Of a DNA stretch of 64,000 bases, positions 38,430-46,333 are shown in pieces; the stretch's first letter is position 1, and the number at the start of each line of letters is the position of its first letter. The notes under the pieces were generated by a model. That model did no database searches, was not told the DNA's origin, and saw only the letters and a program-made list of their open reading frames with translations. The stretch lies in sequence record PV636258.1, one strand, 5' to 3'. A program made the translations under genes and the position numbers. This DNA is from a phage.

Positions 38430-38735
38430 GTGCAAGAACAATCTAAGTTTGGGGAAACCCCAGACAAGCGTTCCGGTGATAGCGATATGGATGGCGTTAT
38501 TATCCATGTGAACAACTTCATTCGTAAACAAACCACACCCACTTCCGTTGGTGCGGCGCTGGAATTAAAGCGTGTTCTGATAGAAAACGGTATGGCACCA
38601 GATGACGATGAAATTTTCTATAACTTCGACGACCAGTATAAAGTGAAGTTTGAAGAGAATGGCCGCCCACAGGTTGCTGTTTTCTGGTCTCCCTGGTTGG
38701 GCGGTGTGAGCTGGCGTATTGAGGAAGATGCATAA
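38430..38735 (+). CDS. Hypothetical protein (start uncertain, GTG proposed)
   Basis: GAGGAGG SD 5 nt before GTG at 38430; ORF track begins at a TTG inside the upstream gene. Confidence 0.4.
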   Translation: MQEQSKFGETPDKRSGDSDMDGVIIHVNNFIRKQTTPTSVGAALELKRVLIENGMAPDDDEIFYNFDDQYKVKFEENGRPQVAVFWSPWLGGVSWRIEEDA

Positions 38736-39640
38736 TGGCTAAAATAATTGTAGTGAAAGGCACCTCGGCCACGGGCAAGGGTACGAGAGTAGTCCAGTTC
38801 ATCGAATGGCTCCGAACTAAGCTGGAGCCTACTGAACTCACCTACACCATTGGTGACAAGACGCGCCCATTCGGCCTGAAGTTCGAAGAGCTGAAGTTAA
38901 TCTTCGTTGGCCAGTATACTGTGTCCAACAAATCCGGCCTGGCTTCCTGGACTTCCATGGACGCCATCCACGCCGCCACAGGCTCGGGTGATATCGCCCG
39001 TGATCTGGTCAAAGGCTGGCTGGCTCAGGGTTACACTTTGGTGTGCGAGGGTGAACCCCTCATGCTATCGGATAAATGGCGTCCTGAATGGATGTTCAAG
39101 AACTATCCGATTGAATCTCTGGCGTTGCTTTATTTTGCATACCCAGACCGCTATCAGTATGATGCACGCATCCGTGGTCGCTCTGGTAAGGAAGCAGGGG
39201 ACTCCGGCTGGTCACGCAACGAATCTTACTCCAAGGAGTTTGAGAAGTCGAAGACTGAAATGCTGGTGCTGGGTTGGGAAGTGGTGGTCAATGACTACAG
39301 CGGGCAAGACGTGTTGTACCGTCAATCGCCTACAAACACTCAAGAATTCAAAACAGGAAATGATAGCGAATTAGCCATGATGCCGTTTGATGCACCTTTA
39401 TGGGTGATTGGCAACGCTATTCATCATCAAATGCGTGGTGAGTTTCACGCCATGGGTCTGGACATCAAAGATTTCTACGGATTCTGTGAAACTGACCCAA
39501 TGACGCGTGAAGTCGGTGGGGATGATCCTCTAGCGCATCGAGTCCCTGAGAAGGCGACCAAATCTAAAACCAAGGCGAGCGCCAAGGGAGAGGTAACAAA
39601 GTCCTCTGTATCCCTTCTCGGCCTGTTGAGTAAGGGTTAG
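38735..39640 (+). CDS. P-loop kinase, candidate 5-hydroxymethyluracil DNA kinase-like
   Basis: Walker A VKGTSATGKGT at N-terminus; 301 aa; TAATG start overlap with upstream gene; specific substrate is inference from phage context. Confidence 0.55.
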   Translation: MAKIIVVKGTSATGKGTRVVQFIEWLRTKLEPTELTYTIGDKTRPFGLKFEELKLIFVGQYTVSNKSGLASWTSMDAIHAATGSGDIARDLVKGWLAQGYTLVCEGEPLMLSDKWRPEWMFKNYPIESLALLYFAYPDRYQYDARIRGRSGKEAGDSGWSRNESYSKEFEKSKTEMLVLGWEVVVNDYSGQDVLYRQSPTNTQEFKTGNDSELAMMPFDAPLWVIGNAIHHQMRGEFHAMGLDIKDFYGFCETDPMTREVGGDDPLAHRVPEKATKSKTKASAKGEVTKSSVSLLGLLSKG

Positions 39641-39642
39641 AA

Positions 39643-39846
39643 ATGAAACAGATGTCTAAATATTTTGTGTTCGTCGGATTGGTGATGTGTATCACAGCTG
39701 TGCTTGTCGGTGTCATGAAATATTTGGGCATCGTTGAGTTGGATTCAATCGAAATATTGAACGTTTACGCGTTATATTATTTGGGGGGTGCTATCTTATT
39801 AACGCCTTTCGTCTATAACATAATTCAGAGTTTCAAAAGGAATTAA
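39643..39846 (+). CDS. Small membrane protein (67 aa)
   Basis: Two hydrophobic segments (FVFVGLVMCITAVLVGV, ALYYLGGAILLTPFV). Confidence 0.5.
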   Translation: MKQMSKYFVFVGLVMCITAVLVGVMKYLGIVELDSIEILNVYALYYLGGAILLTPFVYNIIQSFKRN

Positions 39847-39847
39847 A

Positions 39848-40198
39848 ATGAAAATCCTCATTCCACGCAACGTTGTCGCTGTTGCTATTGATTACCGTGG
39901 TGATGCGAAGATGATTAACGCTGTCCGTTATTATCCGGAACAGAATAAAATCGTCCCACAATTTCAACTGAATACCAATCCTTCTTCTAAGGATTTCGGT
40001 TCTTGGCGTCAGGTGGGTTTGGCTCGTACCCAGGTCAATGCCCAGCATTTTATTTCCGAAAAGACGAAAACCGCCAAGCAAATTTGGTTGGTGACGAATG
40101 ATCGTCGTTTCCTGCCTATCTGGTCTCTGGGACAGCCCGTAGTAAGCCCCGAAGATATCCAACTCGAAGCCGAGGTGAAGGATGACGCATCTGTCTAA
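39848..40198 (+). CDS. Hypothetical protein (116 aa)
   Basis: ATG with AAAGGAA SD. Confidence 0.5.
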   Translation: MKILIPRNVVAVAIDYRGDAKMINAVRYYPEQNKIVPQFQLNTNPSSKDFGSWRQVGLARTQVNAQHFISEKTKTAKQIWLVTNDRRFLPIWSLGQPVVSPEDIQLEAEVKDDASV

Positions 40199-41423
40199 AA
40201 TGCCGCAGGGATATAAAGCCCCTGAAAAATGGAAATACCCGATTGATCTGGCAGTAGATTATCGTAAGCCAGAAAATCGCATGTACCTGCTCAAGGCATG
40301 GGTGGAGGCGCTATCCTACACTGAAGAGCATAACCAGCAAGTCCGTCTGATGGATTATGCCATCGAGGTTACAGAAGGCATCACACAGCTCGAAAAGATC
40401 GAGCGCAAGATTTGGATGGCCTTTTTGTGGGGGTGTTGCTATAATGGGATTGGACCATGGACAATTTACAGTGAATTTCCTGTACCCCCACAATCTCCGA
40501 AAGAGTTTCAGCGATTTTCTGATTGGTATAACCTGAATTTTGATCGTATGCGCTTCGATACAGATTGTCGTTATCGTAAGTCGAAAATGATTCCGTGCGT
40601 TCAGTCCTATATCGATTGGTTGGGTGGTAAAACCCAAATGGATTCTTTTCGTTGGATGTTGGAATGCACTACCAAGGAAGACCAGTTCACCGAACTGTGG
40701 AATACGGCGATGTCATGGAAATACTTCGGTCGCCTGAGCGCATGGAACTTCCTGGAAGCCCTGAACATGGTCTTCGGTAACATATGGGATATAGACGTCC
40801 CTGGGTTCATGTTGCGTGACCGTGATGGTAGCGAATCCAATCGTAACGGCGCGGCGTTCTTATCCAACCGTGATGATTGGGTGACCAAGCACGGGAAGAA
40901 AAAGATCAACGGTTGTCCTATTACAGACGAAGAATGTGATATACTCGAAACCGACCTTGAGAAAGCGTTTCAGGAATGCGTTGAAGAGTTTGGCCACATC
41001 ACGTTTATCAATCGTCTGAACTTTGAGACCTCCGGTGCTTGTTGGTTGAAGAAATTCTTCCGACTGAAGAATACCCGTTACATCGGGTGGGACGCCGAGC
41101 GTACATGGGACGAGATCGATTATATGGAACGTATTTGGCCTGAATACTCCTGTGCACCTCTCTGGGAAGCCCGTTCACTCTGGCTACCAGATACCCTGTT
41201 ATGTGAGAAGGCTCCTGCAGGGCACGTTCCAGGCGTCCAGAAGTGGAAGATGCCCGTGTTCTTTGAGACGGGTGTTCCTCTACATATCTGGCATTTACAG
41301 CAGGGTACACGTTGGGAACCGTCTGAGGTTTGTTTGTCAGTTGGTAAATTGGACACCATGAGCCGAAATGGTACTGTGTATCCTTCTAAAAGTGTGAACC
41401 TCATGACACTCTTGAAACGCTGA
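40182..41423 (+). CDS. Hypothetical protein (413 aa); possible DNA base-modification enzyme by context only
   Basis: ATG with GAGGTGAAGG SD; no motif recognised by eye; sits two genes downstream of the P-loop kinase. Confidence 0.55.
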   Translation: MTHLSKMPQGYKAPEKWKYPIDLAVDYRKPENRMYLLKAWVEALSYTEEHNQQVRLMDYAIEVTEGITQLEKIERKIWMAFLWGCCYNGIGPWTIYSEFPVPPQSPKEFQRFSDWYNLNFDRMRFDTDCRYRKSKMIPCVQSYIDWLGGKTQMDSFRWMLECTTKEDQFTELWNTAMSWKYFGRLSAWNFLEALNMVFGNIWDIDVPGFMLRDRDGSESNRNGAAFLSNRDDWVTKHGKKKINGCPITDEECDILETDLEKAFQECVEEFGHITFINRLNFETSGACWLKKFFRLKNTRYIGWDAERTWDEIDYMERIWPEYSCAPLWEARSLWLPDTLLCEKAPAGHVPGVQKWKMPVFFETGVPLHIWHLQQGTRWEPSEVCLSVGKLDTMSRNGTVYPSKSVNLMTLLKR

Positions 41424-41458
41424 TATAAATATCCTCGCTATAAAGTGAGGATATTATC
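41423..41458 (+). promoter_or_regulatory. Late-promoter-like TATAAATA plus hairpin sequestering the SD of the downstream small gene
   Basis: TATAAATA at 41423-41430; hairpin ATATCCTC-gctataaagt-GAGGATAT at 41431-41456 whose 3-prime arm is the GAGGA SD for ATG 41459. Confidence 0.45.
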
Positions 41459-41629
41459 ATGTTACAAGATCTGTTGGTTTATGCGCTTCCTGGCGTTGTT
41501 GTCGGCTTCGTAGCTGGCGCTCTGGTCTTCCGTAAACACGCGCAAGACGGTGAAGTGATTGTTCAGAAGGGTAAAGACATCCTGGAACAAATCGAAGCCA
41601 AACTGGACGAGCTGAAGAAAAAGTAATCT
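41459..41629 (+). CDS. Small membrane peptide (56 aa)
   Basis: MLQDLLVYALPGVVVGFVAGALVF transmembrane-like N-terminus then charged tail; below ORF-track cutoff. Confidence 0.4.
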
Positions 41630-41645
41630 GATTGCGATTGCGTTC

Positions 41646-41693
41646 TTCAATAAAGGGGAATGGGTTATTATTAGCCCGTTCCCCTTTCTTTTT
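41646..41693 (+). terminator. TTCAATAAA box plus hairpin (TATTAT loop) plus T-run: terminator/promoter composite
   Basis: TTCAATAAA 41646-41654; GGGGAATGGG / CCCGTTCCCC hairpin with TTATTATTAG loop; TTTCTTTTT 41685-41693. Confidence 0.55.
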
Positions 41694-41707
41694 GCAAGGA
41701 TTGATTT

Positions 41708-41899
41708 ATGACACCTCAATACAAAATATTGGTCACCAGCCGTTGTTATGCTTATGGACAGGGTGAAGCAATATCAGTACACACAGTTGTAGTTGATTTT
41801 GAAAACAAAGAACAAGCAGATTTGGCATTCTATAATATGCAGCAGAGCACAGCTCCTGCCGATATTGGCGTTAAACAAGTTTATACGAAATTATACTGA
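41708..41899 (+). CDS. Small hypothetical protein (63 aa)
   Basis: ATG with AAGGA SD. Confidence 0.4.
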   Translation: MTPQYKILVTSRCYAYGQGEAISVHTVVVDFENKEQADLAFYNMQQSTAPADIGVKQVYTKLY

Positions 41900-41910
41900 G
41901 GTCCTATATC

Positions 41911-42123
41911 ATGGCAATGCAACGAATTGAAGACATGTCTGCGCTCGATATGGAAGCGACTTTTGGTGATTACTTTGAGTCCACCCCAAAACAAAAAGAA
42001 CCTCTGGTTGGTCGTTTGGTTGTTTCTGAAGCGTTCGCCCAGAAGGTTCGCGAAGGTCTTCCTGCAGAATATAGTTGTTTCCGTAATGGCGCTCCTGTTA
42101 TCGTCATGGGAGAATCTAAATGA
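41911..42123 (+). CDS. Small hypothetical protein (70 aa)
   Basis: ATG with GAGG SD. Confidence 0.4.
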   Translation: MAMQRIEDMSALDMEATFGDYFESTPKQKEPLVGRLVVSEAFAQKVREGLPAEYSCFRNGAPVIVMGESK

Positions 42124-42506
42124 CACAGTCCGAATACAAACAGTACCTGTACGATCTGTTCATGAAAGAAACGGATGGTACACTCCACCCTAAGAAAGCC
42201 ACTATCGTCGCGTTGCATTCTGAAGGTAATTTGTCTATAGCATATATCCGAAAAGAACTCGATTTGATGGGAATCGAATATGAAGACCATATCACGGATA
42301 CACGTGCTTTAAAAAGAGCAACAGCAATCGTTCTTCACACCGTTGCAACAATTATGCATCGCCACCATGTTTCTTTTGACGATGCAATAACTCCACAGTA
42401 TCATGAAGAACGCTGGGAATTGCTCAAATTGAACGGGGCGCACAGTTCTCACAAAAATCAACTTCTTGGTATGACGAAGGAACAACTCGTGGATGGTGTG
42501 TTATGA
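42120..42506 (+). CDS. Hypothetical protein (128 aa)
   Basis: ATG overlapping upstream stop. Confidence 0.5.
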   Translation: MTQSEYKQYLYDLFMKETDGTLHPKKATIVALHSEGNLSIAYIRKELDLMGIEYEDHITDTRALKRATAIVLHTVATIMHRHHVSFDDAITPQYHEERWELLKLNGAHSSHKNQLLGMTKEQLVDGVL

Positions 42507-43612
42507 TTTACCTTCTGTTTGTGGTTCCTGTAATTTTGGCCATCTTGTTTATAATATATCACCGCAAGACCCATGAGCCAAAGGAGACTTTGATCGCCAC
42601 GGCCATTGTTATCGTATTGTCTTGCCTTATCCAGTCGGGATTATATGCTGCTTTCTCCCTTGGTAGTTCTGGGGACGTGGAAATCCTGAATGGATATGTA
42701 ACTGATAAGCAACGGAATAAGGTGGGTTGTGAACATTCTTATGAATGTATGTGTTATTACACAACATCTTGTACAGGTTCAGGAAATAACCGATCTTGTA
42801 CACAAACGCGTCATTGCAGCACATGCTATGAGCACTCTTATGACGTTGATTGGGACGTATTAACAACCGTCGGTGATCTGAGCATTGACCGTATTGATCG
42901 TCAGGGTACTACAGAGCCTCCGCGTTGGGCACAAGTTAAAATCGGGGAACCTGCGGCACGTGAACATTCATATATGAATTATGTGCTGGGCAACAAAGAT
43001 TCATTATTCTCTAAATCTGACCAGCAATTCGCTGAGAAGTTCAAAGAGCATATCCCTTCATATCCGAGGGTGTATGATTATTACCGAGTAACTCGTGTTC
43101 TGAATATGTCAGGGATGGACATTCCTGTTGATTACTGGAATGACTATCTGAACAATACTCTGAAAACATTAGGTGCTTCACGTCAGGTTAATATCGTTTG
43201 GGTTGTGACTTCTGGCCAGCCTGTTGAATATTTTCAGGGACTTCTATATGCATGGTCTGGCGGTAAAAAGAACGATGTTATTGTAGTCACCGATATTTCA
43301 AAGGATATGAAAATTAATTGGGGTAAGTCTACGTCATTTGCCGACGGCATGAACAACATGGAACTCCATTCTCGTAACGGACTTTCATTGACTGGGAAAC
43401 CAATGGGCATATCCGTGTTCCAAGAAGTTGCGGTCAATATCAGTAAGGGATACAACCGAGTTGAGATGAAGGAAATGGAATATCTGAAATGGCGAGATCT
43501 TAAAACTTGGGAAGTGATTATCGTCGTGCTGTTTGGATGTATCCCATTTACCGCAGTTTTCATATTAGGCCGCATGCAGTACAATGGTCGAACTTATAAA
43601 CGTTTGTTTTAA
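42503..43612 (+). CDS. Cys-rich membrane protein (369 aa)
   Basis: N- and C-terminal hydrophobic segments; Cys cluster CEHSYECMCYYTTSCTGSGNNRSCTQTRHCSTCYEH. Confidence 0.55.
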   Translation: MIYLLFVVPVILAILFIIYHRKTHEPKETLIATAIVIVLSCLIQSGLYAAFSLGSSGDVEILNGYVTDKQRNKVGCEHSYECMCYYTTSCTGSGNNRSCTQTRHCSTCYEHSYDVDWDVLTTVGDLSIDRIDRQGTTEPPRWAQVKIGEPAAREHSYMNYVLGNKDSLFSKSDQQFAEKFKEHIPSYPRVYDYYRVTRVLNMSGMDIPVDYWNDYLNNTLKTLGASRQVNIVWVVTSGQPVEYFQGLLYAWSGGKKNDVIVVTDISKDMKINWGKSTSFADGMNNMELHSRNGLSLTGKPMGISVFQEVAVNISKGYNRVEMKEMEYLKWRDLKTWEVIIVVLFGCIPFTAVFILGRMQYNGRTYKRLF

Positions 43613-43627
43613 CAAGAGGAAGTAAAG

Positions 43628-44197
43628 ATGTCACAACGTAAAGGTATTTCAATTGGTTGGATCGTTGGGTTGGCAATTCTAGCATTTGCTGTAATTGGGA
43701 TTGGCAGTGTGGTTAGCTATTTCAATGACTTCAACCGCATTGAACAACAGGTCAAAAAGTTCAACAAAGATTCTGAAAACCACCTGAGCAATTATACGCT
43801 CAAAGTTCAGGAGACGGCGCAGATTCCTGACATGTACAAAAACGGTTTGAAGGAAGTGATCAAAGATACTTTCCAAGGCCGTTATGGCGCAGACGGTTCC
43901 AAAGCAGTAATGCAATGGATTCAGGAACAGAATATTCAGTTTGATTCATCTTTGTACAAAGAGATTCAGGTTGTTATCAGCTCAGGTCGGGATGAATTCC
44001 GCATTAGCCAAACTAAAAAATTGGACGCATGTGCGATCTATGAAACTAAACTTGGCCAGTTCCCTGGTTCTCTGATAGCAGGAATCTTTGGATATCCGCG
44101 TATCGATCTTGACAAGACATGTCAGGTGGTGAGTGACACCCGTACCCAGGCCGCATTTGACTCCGGTGTCCAGACTCCGATTAACTTCAAAGGCTGA
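43628..44197 (+). CDS. LemA-like membrane protein
   Basis: Single N-terminal TM (ISIGWIVGLAILAFAVIGIGSVV) followed by about 160-aa soluble domain, overall architecture and length like LemA family; recalled from memory, not searched. Confidence 0.4.
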   Translation: MSQRKGISIGWIVGLAILAFAVIGIGSVVSYFNDFNRIEQQVKKFNKDSENHLSNYTLKVQETAQIPDMYKNGLKEVIKDTFQGRYGADGSKAVMQWIQEQNIQFDSSLYKEIQVVISSGRDEFRISQTKKLDACAIYETKLGQFPGSLIAGIFGYPRIDLDKTCQVVSDTRTQAAFDSGVQTPINFKG

Positions 44198-44201
44198 TCT
44201 T

Positions 44202-44624
44202 ATGAGCGTGAAACTAACCGAATCTCTGACGCTGGAACAGCAACAGGCGTTACTGGATGAAGTGGTAATCTCTGCTGTCAAGCAGGGCATTATCCGTGAC
44301 GACACGTTGTTGACGCGCCCCGAAATGATCCATCATCTGGTGGTGTGCCTGGGCGAAGCCAATAATCCTCGCAAAAAGATTGTAATGTTCAAAGAAGGCA
44401 TTATTTATCCCAATGGAAGATTCGCTTGGTTAACCCTATCGGGAAGTCATCCGGATTTGAAGGATGAACAGAAAGAAATCAAAACTTCTGTTCCGGTAAC
44501 GCCATACACTGAAGGAGTTGATTTATTGTCTTGGTTTGAGACCATCAATACCATCTATGTCATGGCACCTGATGGTAAGCCAGCACAGGATCTGCGTGGT
44601 GGGGTTGTAGGTTCGGAAGACTAA
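44202..44624 (+). CDS. Hypothetical protein (140 aa)
   Basis: ORF 44133-44624 with start moved to ATG 44202 (MSVKLTE). Confidence 0.45.
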   Translation: MSVKLTESLTLEQQQALLDEVVISAVKQGIIRDDTLLTRPEMIHHLVVCLGEANNPRKKIVMFKEGIIYPNGRFAWLTLSGSHPDLKDEQKEIKTSVPVTPYTEGVDLLSWFETINTIYVMAPDGKPAQDLRGGVVGSED

Positions 44625-44630
44625 TAGTTC

Positions 44631-44675
44631 TTCAATAAATGGGGATAGGGTATTATTGCTCTATCCTCTTTTTTA
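44631..44675 (+). terminator. TTCAATAAA box plus hairpin (TATTAT loop) plus T-run
   Basis: TTCAATAAA 44631-44639; GGGGATAG / CTATCCTC hairpin with TATTAT in loop; TTTTTT 44669-44674. Confidence 0.55.
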
Positions 44676-44686
44676 TGGAATGTGTT

Positions 44687-45058
44687 ATGTCTGACAAGCC
44701 AAGAAAGATTGCAATTATTGGAGGAGGAATCGGCGCTCGGACTATGGCCACTATCCTTCAAGAAAAGCTGAAAGGCGTTGAAGTAGAATGTATCAGTGTA
44801 GACGATATTCCTAAACGTCGTTGTGAACCAGGTGAACGCATGATAATTTGTGATGATCTGGTAGAAAGTGAACGCAAAACATTGGTATCTCAAGCGGTGG
44901 CTCAGTTACGGAAGGCAGATATTTCGTATTGTGAAGCAGAAGCCGATGACAGAGACATAATTGCGTCACAACGTTATCAAAAGCCGCCGCGCCTATATGG
45001 AGCCGCCCAACATAAACGTCAGGCTAAGAAATATAAAAATCGGAGTAAACGAAAATGA
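44687..45058 (+). CDS. Hypothetical protein with GGGIGA glycine-rich motif (123 aa)
   Basis: KIAIIGGGIGARTMA; basic C-terminal tail; start moved to ATG 44687. Confidence 0.4.
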   Translation: MSDKPRKIAIIGGGIGARTMATILQEKLKGVEVECISVDDIPKRRCEPGERMIICDDLVESERKTLVSQAVAQLRKADISYCEAEADDRDIIASQRYQKPPRLYGAAQHKRQAKKYKNRSKRK

Positions 45059-45504
45059 CTACTCAAAAACCAACTTATGAAGAATTGGCACAGACCGTTC
45101 TGACCTTCGACAGTACCCTGAAGACCCTGTACAAGGTACTGGGAAAGAACCCGACTTCAGAGTCAGGCGAAGCAGTTGATCTTCTGTTCCTGCCCAACTG
45201 CATGGTATCAGCTAACGCCATTGTTACCGCCCTGAAAGATACAGGAGCGCGAGAGCCGGATCCCACAGGGATTCAGAATTATCTGGAGAACTTTGACGAG
45301 TACTCCTTCACTGATCTGCTCCTGCGCGATCTGATCAACACAGAACGTCGCCGTCAGGAAAAGAACTGCCCTGTAGTTCAGTCTGACCATGAAATCGAAC
45401 AAACCGTCCGTGAAGAACTGAATGGCACCTACTCGCCCATCGACCTGGCTGTGATGATCGTTCAGGCGCTGTCATACGCCGCCAAAGGAGAAACAAATGT
45501 CTAA
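45055..45504 (+). CDS. Hypothetical protein (149 aa)
   Basis: ATG with GGAG SD, overlapping upstream stop. Confidence 0.5.
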   Translation: MTTQKPTYEELAQTVLTFDSTLKTLYKVLGKNPTSESGEAVDLLFLPNCMVSANAIVTALKDTGAREPDPTGIQNYLENFDEYSFTDLLLRDLINTERRRQEKNCPVVQSDHEIEQTVREELNGTYSPIDLAVMIVQALSYAAKGETNV

Positions 45505-45703
45505 ACCATTATCTGCTGCGGCTGTAGCAACCCTTGCTTTGTCCGCCATGGCTGAAGATATGATGCATAATGGTCGTCTCTGGGATGATCATCGTTATGC
45601 ACAGGGGTGTACCCCTGGGGAACCTGGGCATGCTCGTCCTTCCGTCAGTCGTCCTAAAAAGGCCAAGACCCATGGAAAGAACAAAAAGAAACGCCGTAAA
45701 TGA
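45497..45703 (+). CDS. Small protein with highly basic C-terminus (68 aa)
   Basis: ATG with GGAG SD; ends KKAKTHGKNKKKRRK. Confidence 0.45.
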   Translation: MSKPLSAAAVATLALSAMAEDMMHNGRLWDDHRYAQGCTPGEPGHARPSVSRPKKAKTHGKNKKKRRK

Positions 45704-45872
45704 AGTCATTCCCGAATATCGCCTTCACGCATTATCGGAAGGTGAACCCAGATCATCACGATGTCATGTTATGTTTCAAGAAGGTAAAATGATGGCCGAT
45801 GAAATCCTCTTCCTTCGAGCAGAGGTGATCCGTTTAAGTAACAATAAACCCCCAAAGAAATGAGGATATGTC

Positions 45873-46226
45873 ATGAGTTCTATTGAACAGCTGATCACAC
45901 CACAATATGTTTACAGCAATATAGTAGAGCACCTCCGCTCTCAATTGAATGTGAAGCAGTTGAACAGCTCTGAATTGAGTGGTTTAGAAATCACAGAAGT
46001 TGAAGTTGCGGCCTTCGGTAGTCGTTATCATTTTGTTGTCAATCACACTCAGGTTGAACAAGTCACTTCGAGCATTATTGACCTCGGCGCAACGAAGCCT
46101 TCCCGCGCAGAGCCGAAATCTGTGACACGCAATATTGTGGGTTATCTGGAAGAGACGTTAGAGCCAGGTGCCACCCACCCGATATTCAATTTCAACGCCG
46201 CCGTTATAAACGTTCAGGGAAGTTAA
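45873..46226 (+). CDS. Hypothetical protein (117 aa)
   Basis: ATG with GAGGA SD; followed by terminator 46236-46262. Confidence 0.5.
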   Translation: MSSIEQLITPQYVYSNIVEHLRSQLNVKQLNSSELSGLEITEVEVAAFGSRYHFVVNHTQVEQVTSSIIDLGATKPSRAEPKSVTRNIVGYLEETLEPGATHPIFNFNAAVINVQGS

Positions 46227-46235
46227 TCCTGATTA

Positions 46236-46262
46236 AAGCCTCCGATTGGAGGCTTTTCTATT
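46236..46262 (+). terminator. Intrinsic terminator
   Basis: AAGCCTCC-GATT-GGAGGCTT hairpin then TTCTATT. Confidence 0.65.
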
Positions 46263-46333
46263 GAACCACCCGCCAGTATCATAACCTTACCCAATAATGT
46301 GTTCTTCTTTGATCTGAACAGGAATTCTATACT

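Noticed and set aside
45570-45863. 97-aa ORF overlapping the 68-aa basic protein gene
   Set aside because: Different frame overlapping a gene with a strong SD; its own start has no clear RBS.
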